NCBI RefSeq assembly: GCF_006345805.1
Contig: NC_043005.1
Coordinates: 36,766,001 to 36,830,000 of the forward strand
Direction: 5' to 3'
Origin: Octopus sinensis
Taxonomy: Eukaryota
Length of the DNA: 64,000 bases
The notes beneath the pieces are model-generated. The model saw nothing but the letters and a program-made list of their open reading frames with translations, was not told the DNA's origin and made no database searches. How positions within the stretch are numbered: position 1 is the first letter of the stretch; each line of letters begins with the position of its first letter. Made by a program: the position numbers and the translations under genes. Of the stretch, positions 43,015 to 56,528 are shown piece after piece.

Positions 43015-43402
43015 TGGGATGGAAGCACTCCGTCGGTTACCACGACGAAAGTTCCGGTTGATCCGAATCAACGGAACAGTCTGCTCGTGAAATTAGCGTG
43101 TAAGTGGCTGAGCACTCCACAGACACGTGTACCCTTAACGTAGTTCTCGGGGATATTCAGCCTGACACAGAGAGTGACAAGGCCGGCCCTTTGAAATACA
43201 GGCACAACAGAAACAGGAAGTAAGAGTGAGAGAAAGTTGTGGTGAAAGAGTACAGCAGGGATCACCACCATCCCCTGCCGGAGCCTCGTGGAGCTTTAGG
43301 TGATTTCGCTCAATAAACACTCACAACGCCCGGTCTGGGAATCGAAACCGCGATCCTATGACCGCGAGTCCGCTGCCCTAACCACTGGGCCATTGCGCCT
43401 CC
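43015..43402 (-). mobile_element. SINE family C, tail variant 2, with 13-bp TSD
   Basis: Same head as 31648-32024; TSD ccaaagctggaga at 43002-43014 and 43402-43414. Confidence 0.92.
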
Positions 43403-44332
43403 CAAAGCTGGAGAATTGTGACACTGGATAATGATACATATCAGGTAGTGCAAGCAGTAACCAGTCCGGGACGCGTAAAGGGCAGTGTCATCACTTCAAG
43501 AATTACTGACTAAATCTACAACCTACAATTTTAATAATTTCTTGTTATGAAACTATTCGGTAATCCAGAAAAAAATGTTTACCACCTTCAAGTTCAATGG
43601 TTTGTTATATAAGTTCAGTGCTGTACTAGACGGTCTCTGTGAGACTGAAACTCCTAACAGTTACACGTTTTTCATGTAGCTTTACTTCTTTTGTGTGAAT
43701 AGTTTTTTTTTTTATCATTGAATATTGTGTCTGCCTGACAGTAACTAACGATAGAAACTTCTTTTTTTACCACTTCTTTAAGATCTCCACATCACAGCTT
43801 GTAAATGTTTTTTTTTTCTCATTGATCACAAAGAAAATTCTCTCAGACTTCAGTAATATCGAACTCTTATAAAACTTGGTTTAGCATTACTATAGATATC
43901 ACGCAAAGAACCCAAAACATTGTAAAGTGGTCTGTAGCTAAGAATATCTATTTGTCGTAGTTCTCACCAAAAGCTTCTAACATCTCTTTTATTTTCTATA
44001 GCAGACAACGCTCTCAAAATTTCATAGCCTCAAGTTGTGGTCTCAGCAAAGGGGTCGATGCTTCTTCGCAGCTTTGATTCTTTATGATCGCCTGAAAATT
44101 TACAATTGAATCAAATTCTTGTAAATGTGTTCTATCCAATGGAACAATCTTCAACAATTTCATTACCAAAATTCTATCACCTTCATCAACGCCAACAATA
44201 AGTGAAATAACAGAACGCTCTTTTAATTTAATTTAATTTAATTTAGTTACTGAGTACATCATAAACATATATCTAAAAAAAATTTTGGTAAATGTTAATA
44301 TCTTTAATTCACTTATCTTTCTTCATTGTTTT

Positions 44333-44450
44333 ATAACACATATTTCTTTTTTTCTATTTTCAGGTGAGTACCATTAATATATCAGTTGGTTAATAAAAGC
44401 TTTGTTCAGAGCAAAGTCTGGCGATGATTTGCCCTTATTTTCAGGTTGGT
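44333..44450 (+). promoter_or_regulatory. Candidate recursive splice site (AG|GTGAGT) with 81-nt RS-exon
   Basis: tatttctttttttctattttCAG|GTGAGT (junction 44363/44364); no AG for ~107 nt upstream; second ttttCAG|GTTGGT at 44444/44445. Confidence 0.55.
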
Positions 44451-46136
44451 TATTCCATCTTTACAATTTTTTAGTTCAGTATTCCTTATGGACTGAACTA
44501 TAACATTGCTGAATTTTAAAGTGAAGTTAAAATTCTGAACATTTTTTGCATCTCTTATAATTTTTTTTCCTTTGAGATGTGGCTTTCTTTTTTTTTTTTC
44601 TTTTTTTTTTCTTTTTTGCTTTGGGAGAAATTCAGTCTGAAAATATGATTAAAACTTCAAAATTAGGACAGTAAAATCAATATGAATTCCAAAGAATAGC
44701 AGGTAGTGAAAAGAGCAGAGTTGGTAGGAATCAAATCATTTTGCGATATTTAGCACAGATTTAACCGCTTGCATACTCAACATTCACATGAGTGTTTTCA
44801 CTACCACAGCTACTTACATATCAGTAATATCCTGGTTCCATGCAAATGAAACCAAAAAAAAATCACTATTTCGAATAATGAAAAGAAAAGAATTAAAGAA
44901 AATCTTAGAGAAGACAAGTAGATTGTGGTATTTTAGTTTGGTGTGTTTGAATTTGAAAACAGTTTTATATTTCATAGCTCGATAGATGTTAAAATAAACA
45001 TGAGTAATATAGCTAAAGTCAAACTGGTCGACGATAACTTCTCCCTGTAGCTAAATTACCTTTAGCAGAGATAATAAAATCAATAATCGAAATTAGTAAA
45101 TGCATGGAAAATAAAATATTAAAATAAAACACCAGTTAGCGAACCTTATTAGTTCCTAACTCTGAGACATCTACCATTTTTCGATTATACGACCAATTTT
45201 ATTTTATTGCATTTTATATCATTTTATTTTTGTATTTAAAAAAAAAGAAAACAAAGGAAAGAAAAACAGTTTGTTGTTGGTACTTTAGCCGTTGCCCTTC
45301 ATATACGTCTGCTTTGATAATTGTTCTTTCGAACTACCAAGTTCATTGAAGGCCATTCCTTAGAATATTTTGTCTGAAAGTCAATTTCACACTTCACCAA
45401 TTTCTTTTCCTTTCTTGTTTTCTGTTCTTTTTGTTGTATTATGTATATTTTTTGAAGCTCCTCTGGAATGAACTTGAGCTATTTTTTTATGTCAGAATAA
45501 TGCATCAAATTTGATGATGACCTTTTAAAAATAACAAGATGGGAGGTCAAGAGGGTCTATTGATTCTTATCGGTGTTAGTCAAATAAAACCTGAATTATC
45601 TCTTTAGTTGTATATCGAGAAAAACCGCAGTGTTTTGAAAAATAAATAAATAAAATATTTCGAATGTGTTTAGTTCAAAATTTTGCAATTACATTTTCTT
45701 TTAAAAGTGCGTTATTCGTAATTCCCCTGTTACGTGTTATTTCTCAAACAGTTTTTGATTATCTGTAGAGGAAGTTAAGAACACTGGATATATCTTATAG
45801 ACGTTTCTTTATATTTCGTGTTCAAACCACGCAAAGAGTAGTTCTGCTTTTCATCCCACCGGGCTCGGCGAAATAAGTTATTCTCACATACGATTTTAGC
45901 TACATGTATCCTCTATATTAGGATTTCAATATTTTGTTTAAGCGTTGCGGGACTAATATCTCAGTGTAGAACTCAAGTGTTAGTTGAGTACAGAGCGGTA
46001 ATATGGAAAAGAGATGACAAAGGAATAAATGATTACCAGGTCCATGAGGATTTAAAAGATGTGGATAGATTGCGATGTTTATACTGCATGGGAGAAAAAA
46101 ATGATTTAATTATATCTATGTAAACTCTATTTTGTG

Positions 46137-46434
46137 GAGGCACATGGCCTAGTGGTTAGAGAAGCGGACTCGCTATCCCTCAGATAGGGCGATGTGTGTG
46201 TTTATGAGCGAAACACCTAAGCTCTACGTGGCTCCAGCAGAAGGTAATGGTGAATTTCTGCTGACTCTTTCTCCACAACTTTTTCTCATTTTTTCCTTCT
46301 GCATCTAGCAGCTCATCTGTGATAGATCGACGTTCCATCCAGGTGGGGAACCTACACGCCATTGAAACCAGGAAACCGGGTCTTATGAGCCAGGTATGAC
46401 TCGAGAAGGAATAAACAACAACAACAACAACAAC
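46137..46434 (+). mobile_element. SINE family C, tail variant 3, with 15-bp TSD and (CAA)n tail
   Basis: TSD aaactctattttgtg at 46122-46136 and 46435-46449; B box deleted; an older SINE-like remnant follows at ~46450-46690. Confidence 0.85.
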
Positions 46435-47114
46435 AAACTCTATTTTGTGACCCAGTGGTTAGGTATTGCACTCACGATCTTACAATCATGATTTCAATTA
46501 CCGGACACTCCATTCCACGTTGCTCCTGTCTACTCAACTATATATGAGTTCAGCAATAGCTGGAAATTTATCCTCACGACATAGTGACATTCCGTTTAGG
46601 GGAATTGTTGAAATCTCACTTACTTATACGCTGTGGAAACCTAGTTAAGCATCGGCCTTATGAGACCTGGATCTCATGACAGACCTAAGTTTAAACCCAG
46701 TTTTGTGATCCTTAGTAATAAAGTATGTGTTGCTAAAGTATTTCGTAATAAAGGAGTAGCTGTTGGTATTTGTCAGATATCTGTAGCTATGACAGCCTAT
46801 TGGATGTTATAGCTACTGATACCTGAGAGCTTTGCCAATGGTATATTTATGCTTAATTGCATTTAGTTTAATTTATTTTAAACCACATTCCAAAAATATC
46901 TTTGACTGAATTATTTATTTCGACTATTAAAAGTGCTTATTATGAAAGGAAAAAAAATAAAGAAAATGAAAGCCATAAATATACAAAAATTTGAGTGGGA
47001 AATAGGGGAATTTAAAGAAAACAAGATCAATGTTATGAAATTAAAATACGTTTTATCCCCCTGCTTCTACCTAAATGGTATGCTCTACACCTGTGTGAAC
47101 GTATCTATGTGTGC

Positions 47115-47159
<45 letters not shown>

Positions 47160-47862
47160 GAAAGGGGTGAGAGAGGGGGAAGAGAAAAGAACATTAAGGG
47201 AGTGAACTGGGATATTATTAATTATATAATCTCAAAGACGTTAAAGAAATAATTGGATAAGTTCTTCATATCGAAATTTAAGATAAATTTCTTGTGATAA
47301 AATATTTCTTATTCATATAAACCATTTCAAACTCGTCTATGATATCTCATTTTATGCCATACACGTCTAAAATTCCTAGAATATTCCAATTTTTATATCC
47401 ATGTCAGATTATCGCTTATAGATTTATAAATGTTACAGCAATATAAACTCACTCAAGTCATTGCTGCAATGTCCGTGGTTTCCCCTGAATATATATATAT
47501 TCCGTTACACTAATGTAATTGAACAAGAAGTAAATGACTGCAGAAGTGTAACCATGTATTCATAAAATATTAGTTGGTGCCATAGATAAAAAAAGAAAGC
47601 GTTCGCCGTTTAGGAAATGAGCGTATTACGTATAAGCACACACACACACACGCATGCACATACATTCTATATACAGTATAGTAGGGTCAGTTGGGCACCG
47701 TCTGTGAGAAAAAGAGAATCATGACGCAATTCTCTGTTCCAGAAATTTGGAAACTACATGCTGTACTGCTTGACATCCACGCCGGAAGCTCCAATCTTAA
47801 AGAGCCGGAAGAAATGCCACTACTCATTTTGTCTGATGTGCTATCGCTTCTGCCGATCACCT

Positions 47863-47899
<37 letters not shown>

Positions 47900-47918
47900 G
47901 CTACTGCTACCACTACTA

Positions 47919-48129
47919 CTCTCTACTAAAGGTACAAAGCCTGAAATTCGTGGGTATGGTCTAGTCGATTATATCAACTTCAGTGCTCCACTGGTACTTA
48001 ATTTATCTCCCCCGAAAGGATGAAAGGCATAGTCGAACTCGGCGGAATTTGAACTCAGAACGTAGCGACAGACGAAATGCCGCTAAGAATTTCGCCCGGA
48101 GTGCTAACGATTCTATCAGCATGCCGCCT
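47919..48129 (-). mobile_element. SINE family B
   Basis: Conserved central box and head. Confidence 0.85.
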
Positions 48130-48455
48130 AATGATGGTAATAATAATAATTCAGAGTTAAGAATAAATTCTACACTTTAACATAGACTTCTACACCGTAA
48201 AAGAATAATTTTTATCTGTGAAAAACGGCAGCTTAATTTCCCTTAAATTACTTTCTGCTATCTTCGACCACACCAGACAAAAGTATACGCCTGTATACTT
48301 TTAAATATGAGGTGACATGATCATTGCAATTAAAGCTGGCCTAAGATGTGAAAAAACAGCAAAATCTTTAATAACAAAAAGAAAAAAAACAAAAAAAGTC
48401 AATATATCTTTGTTTATGTGGTTCGAAATACCTGCCGTTAGCCACTCTGGCTTAT

Positions 48456-49762
48456 TCTTACTCTTTTACTTATTTCAGTCACTTGACTGCAGCCATGCTG
48501 GAACACCGCCTTAAAGGGTTTTAGTCGAACAAATCGAGCCCAAGACTTATTCTTTGTAAGCCTAGTACTTAATCAATTGGTATCTTTTGCCGAACCGCTA
48601 AGTTATGGGGGGCATCAACTCACCAACATCGGTTGTGTTGTCAAGCGATGGTTGGGGTACAAACACGCACACACACACATAAGTATATATACGTACACAT
48701 ACACACATATGTATACGGGGGTGTAACCAAAAGTAACCGAGAATTTCTGTTGTAGTTAAGTGTTCCGCCGCTAGAATCCACTTCATGCGATCCTCAGGCA
48801 TCAGTCTGCCGACCAGCGTCTTCGACTGTAGTTTAACTGCCACGTGGTGCCTCTTAGTTCGTCGATTTTTGCGATGGCTGAAACGAAAGAACAGTGCGCT
48901 TCCGTGAAATTTTGTTTTCTGCTGGGGAAAACAGCGACCGAAACAGTTGTCATGTCTCAAACAGCTTACAAGGACGCTGCCACTAGTAAAACACTACAAA
49001 TGGTTTCGAAGCTGTTGGAATGATCACTTGTCTCTTGAAGACCAACCTCGTTCAGAATGACCGTCAACTTCCCGGACAAATGAAAACATAAAGATTCATG
49101 AACTGATCTTGGAGGACCGTCACTGAACAATTAACGAACTAGTTAATATGACTGGTGTATCCTGGAGCTTTCGTCAACGAATTTTGAAGAAGGAATTGTG
49201 AATGAAAAGAGTTGCAGCAAAATTTACGCATTACTTTCTCATGGAAGATCAAAAGCAGTCATGACTGAATGCGTGTCGTGAACTGAAAGAACAGTTGGAA
49301 GTTGATCTGGACCTTCTTTGAAAAGTCATCACTGGAGACGTAAACTGAAGCTACAGAATTTTCAAATGTTGAAGAGGTGAAGAAAAAACGTCGGAAGCGT
49401 TAAAAGGCTTCGCTTCATAAGAGTTCCAGGACTATTTCGAACAGAGGAAAGCGTGCATGGGTCTATGTATTGCTTCAAATGGAGAATACTTTGAAGGCGA
49501 TAAAAGTGTAAACATGTAAAACTAAGTGAATAAAATAATATTGCAAACATTTCGGTTTCTTTTGGATACCTCCACATACACACACACACACACGGACGCA
49601 CACGCACATACATATATGACGGTCTTCTTTCAGTTTGCGCCTACCAAATCTACTCATAAGGCTTCGGTCGGCCCGAGACTATAATAGAAGTCCCTCGTTC
49701 AAGGTGTCACGCAGTGTGACTGACACCGGTACTATGTGGCTGGGAAGCAAGCTTCTTAACGC
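48456..49762 (-). mobile_element. SINE family A split by a mariner insertion
   Basis: 3' half at 48456-48715 and 5' half at 49579-49762, in the correct order and orientation. Confidence 0.85.
48716..49576 (+). mobile_element. Tc1/mariner (mariner-type) transposon, internally deleted pseudogene
   Basis: ATG 48874: MAETKEQCASVKFCFLLGKTATET...LEDQPRS...MKRVAAKF...KVITGD, then jumps to the C-terminal CIASNGEYFEGD. Imperfect TIRs (ccaaaagtaaccga / tcggtttcttttgg); TA at both ends. Confidence 0.9.
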
Positions 49763-50936
49763 AGAAAAATTATGTTAATTGCTTAGGCTACAAATGTGTT
49801 CTACTCTTAGTCCAAGTCTCTTGGACAATTGTCGCACTGATGACATTTATTGAGCTATAAACATCTGTCCACGTCTGTCCTCTCGTCTCAAAACAATAAG
49901 CCTAACCTTTTTCTTAATGGTATGTCAGATTTGGAACATTCTTGAATCTTGAAATTATCTTCCCTTCTCAAGTGGAGCTGATCTTCAATGCTATTTGTGA
50001 ATTATGAGACAGCTTTTGAACGCAGAGATAATTTTAGCAAATCAAGAATTTATGCTTTTATAGTATTTTGTATAACTGCTTTTGTCTCTGTATACTTTCC
50101 GCGGTCAATTGGTATCTTTTAGCAGGAAGCATCACTGACAGTGAATTAATAGCATTGATTGTACTTCTACTTTAGTGACAACAATTCAATGAATTCGGAT
50201 GAAAGACACACGTACAACGAAAGTGGCCGTTAATATAAAGTACTCCCTTTCATGTCCCTTTGTCACAGAACACGGAGCACCATCGCTTTCATGCAAGTGA
50301 ATAATCATACAACTGTGCACGCATGCACAGCTGCATTCACACTGAAAGACACACGCGCATGCGCGTGACCACACGCATACATGCACTCACAGAGAGGCAT
50401 GCAAGTATTTTGTTGAAAATATATTTTTGTCTTCATAAATGCAGTTTCTATAAATGATAACTTTTATACGTGTTACTTTACTGATACTTAAACACACACA
50501 TAAACCAATGCATATACAAGCATGATGACACATGCTTATATATGCACAGAAGCATTTATCTATAAACATACTTTATAAACACCCATAACTCTTTTAATTT
50601 AGCTTTGCTTTGTTTTTGACAGTCGTTGTTGAGTTGAAGATCGGGATTTAATCATAAAAAAAAAGAGAAAAGTGTTTAATGTATTTTAATTAGTTCGCGT
50701 TTCTACACAAATATTTGTGTCTGATTCAATTTTATTAACAGCCGCATATTTTTAAGTATCCAAACATCTGGACATTCTCAGAGAGTAACATGTTGCTTAG
50801 CAATACTAGACCGAGGGACAGGGTTGGGAAATAGCTAATAACAACGATCGGCAAAACATAACAACCCAAATTTCAGTATGTATGCTGATACTCAATGCGT
50901 TTATGTAAATCTATGAAATCACACAAACACGCACGC

Positions 50937-51002
<66 letters not shown>

Positions 51003-51004
51003 GA

Positions 51005-51152
51005 AAGGTTGCATGGCTGAGAAGATAGCTTCTAAACACATAGTTTCAGTTTCAGCCCCTTTGAGCGACACTTTGGCAAGTGTCTCCCACTGTAGTTTCG
51101 AGCTGATCAGTACCTCGATAGTAAATTTGGTAAAATTGTGAGAAACCCGTCT
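51005..51152 (+). mobile_element. Old SINE family A 5' fragment
   Basis: gacactttggcaagtgtctcc...agtaaatttggta...gaaacccgtc resembles the family A head; a similar relic lies at ~39650-39815. Confidence 0.55.
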
Positions 51153-51162
51153 GTCTCTGTCA

Positions 51163-51231
<69 letters not shown>

Positions 51232-53077
51232 CACACAAACACGCATATATTATACGTACTCGCTTCTTGCCTTGATACATATTTATAAATTGATTAATTT
51301 AACCATAACCAGTTGATAGGTTTTATACATGTTATTCTTAATTTATATATATATATATATATAGCTAGTAAGCCGAACTTTAATACGGAAATACACGTTC
51401 TTCAGGTGTCAATCAGTCACTTCGTAACTGAAGAAACAGTTTTTCTCTGTTGCAATAATATTGAGTAGATAAGAGGAAATTTCATACACAAAATGTAGCT
51501 TGAAAAAAAACTTTGAACGAATGCCATTAAAGATATTCATCTGTTTGTCTTCAGCTATGAAAGATATGATACAATGTTCAATTGTCATGACCGGTTGTAT
51601 GAATTAAAGTAACTGAAATTCTTATAAATTATTATTCGGCTTGTTGCTTAAATGCTGTCTCAATTTCACTGGTTGAACTTAATAACGCCCTGGGCACTTT
51701 CTATTCATTTGCAGCGTAACTGTTCAGGGATTTGGTCGAAATTGTGCGACAAAATGTTTACCACCTCATGAAATAATTATAAATTTTAAGTGCAGTTAAC
51801 AGCTTTGTGTATTATTAAATGGCTCTTGTACTATGTAAAATATGATGACATATTATTGCAAAACATCCTATCGAACTTCTACAGAATTTGATTTTTGCAG
51901 TTCTTGGAGATTCTACCTATTATATTGCCAATAATATGCTGTTGATGATCGCTTTTCAAAAATATAGATGCATGAAGCAAAGGTTGGAGAAGTAGAAAGC
52001 CAGTGAATAGGATATACGGGATGTGTTAATACAATAATACAATAGATTGATGTTCTAGTACAGGCCACTCAAAATTATTTCTCTAAGCTCATTTTTATTT
52101 GAATTATTCAAATTACCAAGATCATTGAAGTGCTCTACTTTTTTTGTGTCAATCTACTGGAGATGGAGTTGAACATTTTTCGTGTTGATGACGGCGTTTG
52201 AGGTAGAAACACTTTTCCAAATTGTTCTCTAAATCTCCCAACAATAAGCATGTACTGTTCCTTAATGGCATATTAACTTTGGAAAATTCTTCAATCTCGA
52301 GAGTACCTCCCTTTCAAGTGGAAATCATCTTAGTTGCTACTTGAAAATTAGAATATATCTTCTAGTGGCGGAGATACTTTTAATAAATCAATAATTTATG
52401 CTGTATGATATTTGGTAGACCTGTATTCTTGATAGAGCCATGAATTTTAACCTGAGCTTTGACACAATAAAAAAAACTTCATAACGTGCTATAGTAAGGG
52501 AACACAATTTTCCAAGAATTAAACAAACGAAAAACTTACAAATGCAGCAATATTTCTCACCACATCCACATTTATCTTTGTCGAGTTGGGATTTATTATT
52601 TTCTAAGAATCTGAAAAAAGAGATAGCATAATGCCATGGGCCTTTAAGCTTATCTATCGACGGTAACATTTTCTTGTGTGAGTTAACTTGGGAATCCCAC
52701 TCTTCTGAAGGCTAATACCCACAACCACATGCTGTAGACACGCTGAATAAACATAACGAAATGTATCAGGCAAGAATAGAAATTTCAATGCAAACTCGAC
52801 TGGCACAACTCTAAGACACTCTCACTACATGAACATAATGGTGAATAAAAAGAAATCGTGATATACACAAATGCAGTTTTGTAAAGTGGTAGAAGATAGA
52901 GGCGATCATTTTGTATTACGGGTATGTGTTTAAATAACCTTGGGGGTAAATCTTGATCTGTGTTTCTATCAGTAAATCTCGTTCAGATTGATTTCTTTGA
53001 GTGGATCTTCGGGACCGATAAAATCAGTTTATAATCACTTAGTTATACCGGATTAGAAAGTAGGTGTGTGGGTGTAC

Positions 53078-53112
<35 letters not shown>

Positions 53113-53688
53113 GAGAGAATAGGCATGAGAGTAAAAGTAAGGGAGGGAGTGAAAGAGAGAGTGTATCTGCAGAATGTAATAGATTATAGAGAAATGAAGG
53201 AAAAGCGAATGTGAATGAGAAATAAAAAGAAATCCGATGAAGGAATTGGAATAGAGAAACTGACAGAAGAACAGAATAAGTGAAAGGAAAGAAGAGAAGA
53301 AAGAGAGAATAAGGATAAAACGATTACGCCGTATATGAAGACAGAACGAGAGAATATATTTGTTGTGAGAACACTGCAAAAGACTGCGAGGAAAGATTAG
53401 AATTGTGTGTGTGTGTTTTGGTTAGAAAGAAGCAAGAAGCTAAGAAAAGAAGAATAAAGAATGGTAAATAGAAAAAGAGAGGAAATAAAAGAGAGAATAA
53501 AAGATAAACAACTGGAAAGGGAGAGAAAGTGAGCATGCGCATAGGAAATAGTAAGAATTTAGAGAAAGACAATGAGAGTGAGAGAGAGAGAGAGAGAAAA
53601 AGAGGGAAAGAGAGCGAAAGATAAAGAGAGATTGTAAGTATGGAGATGAGAAAGAAACTATTGGAGCTACACAAGCAATGAAGGGAGG

Positions 53689-53724
<36 letters not shown>

Positions 53725-54499
53725 TTGTGTGTGTGTGTGTGTGTGTGGTGTGTGTGTGTGTGTGTGTGAAAGAGAAGATTATAGAGAGGAACGAAAATTT
53801 AGATATGAAAAAAGGGCGAAAGTAGAATTAAAAGCAGAAAATTGGAAACGAGAGATGGCGTTCAAATATTGGATAAAGACGGTTTTGATGTAGCGAAAAA
53901 TGAGGGTGCAGGAGGAGAAGGCTGTATGACGAAGGGTAACAGAGAAGAGGAGGAGGAGGAGGAAAGAAATAGAGAGATAAAGGAGTGGAAATATGAAAGA
54001 AAACCGGAATGAAAGAGAATGGGGAATAGGTAGGGAGCGTGTTAAAATAAAATGGAAATAAGGTGTGATATATGCAATCCCTGTTGGCACATTACAGGAG
54101 AGCCCTTTTCTATCAAGATTATACTCACTTTTTTTCTTTGGTTTGCAGATTGTTTTCCTAGTTGCTGTTGCTGTGCTTTTTGTTATGTGTGTGTCAGTGT
54201 GTCTATGTATGTATGTATGTATGGATGGATGGATGGATGGATGTATGTATGTATGCATATCTATACACGAATATTTGTTCGCACACACTGGGATTCACAT
54301 TGCATAGGTGTATATAACTGTATGTGCATGCATACGTATATGTGTGTGCGTGTGTGCGTATGTGTATGTGTATGTGTGTGCGTTTGAGTGTGTTGCGATT
54401 CAATATCTCTCATGTTCCATGTTTATGAGCGTGAAATGGTTTATATGTATATATGTGTGGCATGTGAGTGGTAAGTGTGTGTACATGCGCAAATACACC

Positions 54500-54538
<39 letters not shown>

Positions 54539-54559
54539 GAGAGATAGGGGAGAAAGAGA

Positions 54560-55525
54560 GGAGTGGGCGATAACAAAATATGCTTAATATCGATAACAGA
54601 GACTAAAGCTTAAATTGATGGAAACTTAAACGCTAATTTCTTCATCCAGGTCCGGTGACTCTGCATCGAAAGTCAGCGATTAGGGCTATCCTTATCGACC
54701 TGATGTGGAGGTAGTAACGTAGACGAACCTCGTTAGGTTTAAGGTGTATATTTCCGAGGAACAGAAAATACAGAAAAGAAAGAAACCAAAGCAGAAGAGA
54801 AGGATTAAGTAAAATTTTGTCTCGACAGCTGTTTCAAAATGGCCATAATTTACGCAATAGTCATATTCATAAGTAATATAAACATGGTATCATAGGTTCG
54901 CGTCCTGCGACAAGTACTGAGGAAATTGTTAAAGTTAAGTTAGTCGTTTCTCTTCAAGAGCAGAATAGCAAATGGGAATTGCCCAGCAATGTTTACAAAA
55001 ATAAACGTCTTAAGAGAGTGGTAATGAGAAAGATGCTGGGGGAAAACGAGGGAAATAGTGATTGAGGAGCGAGATGGGATGATGATTAAAACCAGATATA
55101 AAGAAGATAAAGTTAACCATTGGCCGAAAAAATAGTGTTAACAGTTCGAACTACCGGGATGGGAGATTAAGAGGTAGTTCCCAGACAAGATAAAACAGTC
55201 AAGAGTAGGTAAAATAGTTGGGACAGGATGTGTCGAGATGAAGTTTGGGGTTAAATCGTATCTAAGAATATAAGAGTCATGGAGATGATGGGGTTAATGT
55301 TTCATATTCGCTTCACCATGGTTACTGCTGTTAACGCTACTAACCTCAGAAGCGTTAGTGGTATGCATATAGTTGTTAGGGTTGGATTATCAAGGATTCC
55401 GGTGTTACATGAGTTAAGGTGGAGGCTAGATCGGTGGTTTTTCAGGCTCCGCAATAGGTGGTCGAGTTGGCGCTTATTAGAAGTGGTAATTATAGATCTC
55501 AAGTTTGGGAATTGTAGAGTATGAT
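54560..55525 (-). mobile_element. Probable Penelope-derived repeat with split hammerhead-like core
   Basis: Minus strand ctc-ttgaaga (54951-54960) ... gaaacagctgtc-gag (54821-54835); boundaries approximate. Confidence 0.4.
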
Positions 55526-55545
55526 ATTTTAATCGAAAATATCTG

Positions 55546-55644
<99 letters not shown>

Positions 55645-56250
55645 CTCTATCTCTCTATATATATATGCACTTGGATGCAATATTTGCTATGTTCATGTCT
55701 GTTTAAACCTTTATGTGTATATGCATGTCTCAGATTCAATTTCTACTGTGATGAAGCGTGTATATACTTATGTATATGTGCATGAGTGTGTGCTGCGTGT
55801 GTACACACACATATACAGATACAGATGTATAAACATAATCTCATGCACATATGTATGTCTATGTCTGTGTACCTGCGTATGAATGTGTGGACATACGTAT
55901 GCACGCGCAGGTATATGGTTAGAAATATATGATAAAATGTTGGCGTCCTAAGCATAAACATTTTATGCGTCTAATGTGCGCGTCTGAGTAAAACTATAAG
56001 TATGTATAATTATGTATTTTTGTGCATGAGTTTGTACATGCATGTGTTCACATACGTGTCTAATACATATATATCTGTGTGCGACTCTCTATGTATTTTG
56101 ATTAATTTTCATAATGTGAGCGTGCGTGCTCTCTGTCTATATATATATAACAGTTTAAAATAAGAGTATGTGTTCGTACTTGTATATACATACACTACCT
56201 TTTCTCGTTCGCCAGTTCGTGTGATTTCTTTAATGTCAAATATCCAGAGA

Positions 56251-56281
<31 letters not shown>

Positions 56282-56487
56282 CTATTTCTGCATTTGAGCA
56301 TGAATGTGTGCATACTTAACTGCATATATGCGAGTATTTGTCAGCGCGAGTGCGTATGGTTGTCGGCAACCATTCTAAGAAGCGGGCATTTGTGGGGTGG
56401 AACTGAGCGGGACTTTTACAAATCACTTGATCATCGCTTTCGCATTACTGCCCTAATTCTAGATTAGGTTGCTATTGTGTGTACTAG

Positions 56488-56528
<41 letters not shown>

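Noticed and set aside
43560-44220. Possible decayed transposase on the minus strand
   Set aside because: No motif I can identify with confidence; needs translated HMM search.
44761-44992. Possible TTAA-flanked piggyBac-type MITE
   Set aside because: Terminal inverted repeats too weak to support.
51370-52760. Possible hAT transposase relic (LKGEVLSR-like fragment, minus strand)
   Set aside because: Only scattered weak similarity across many frameshifts; tBLASTn/Dfam search required.
53060-54060. Long GA-rich tract (also 7040-7600; CT-rich 37140-37800)
   Set aside because: Degenerate low-complexity sequence common in such genomes; no specific structure beyond generic triplex potential.
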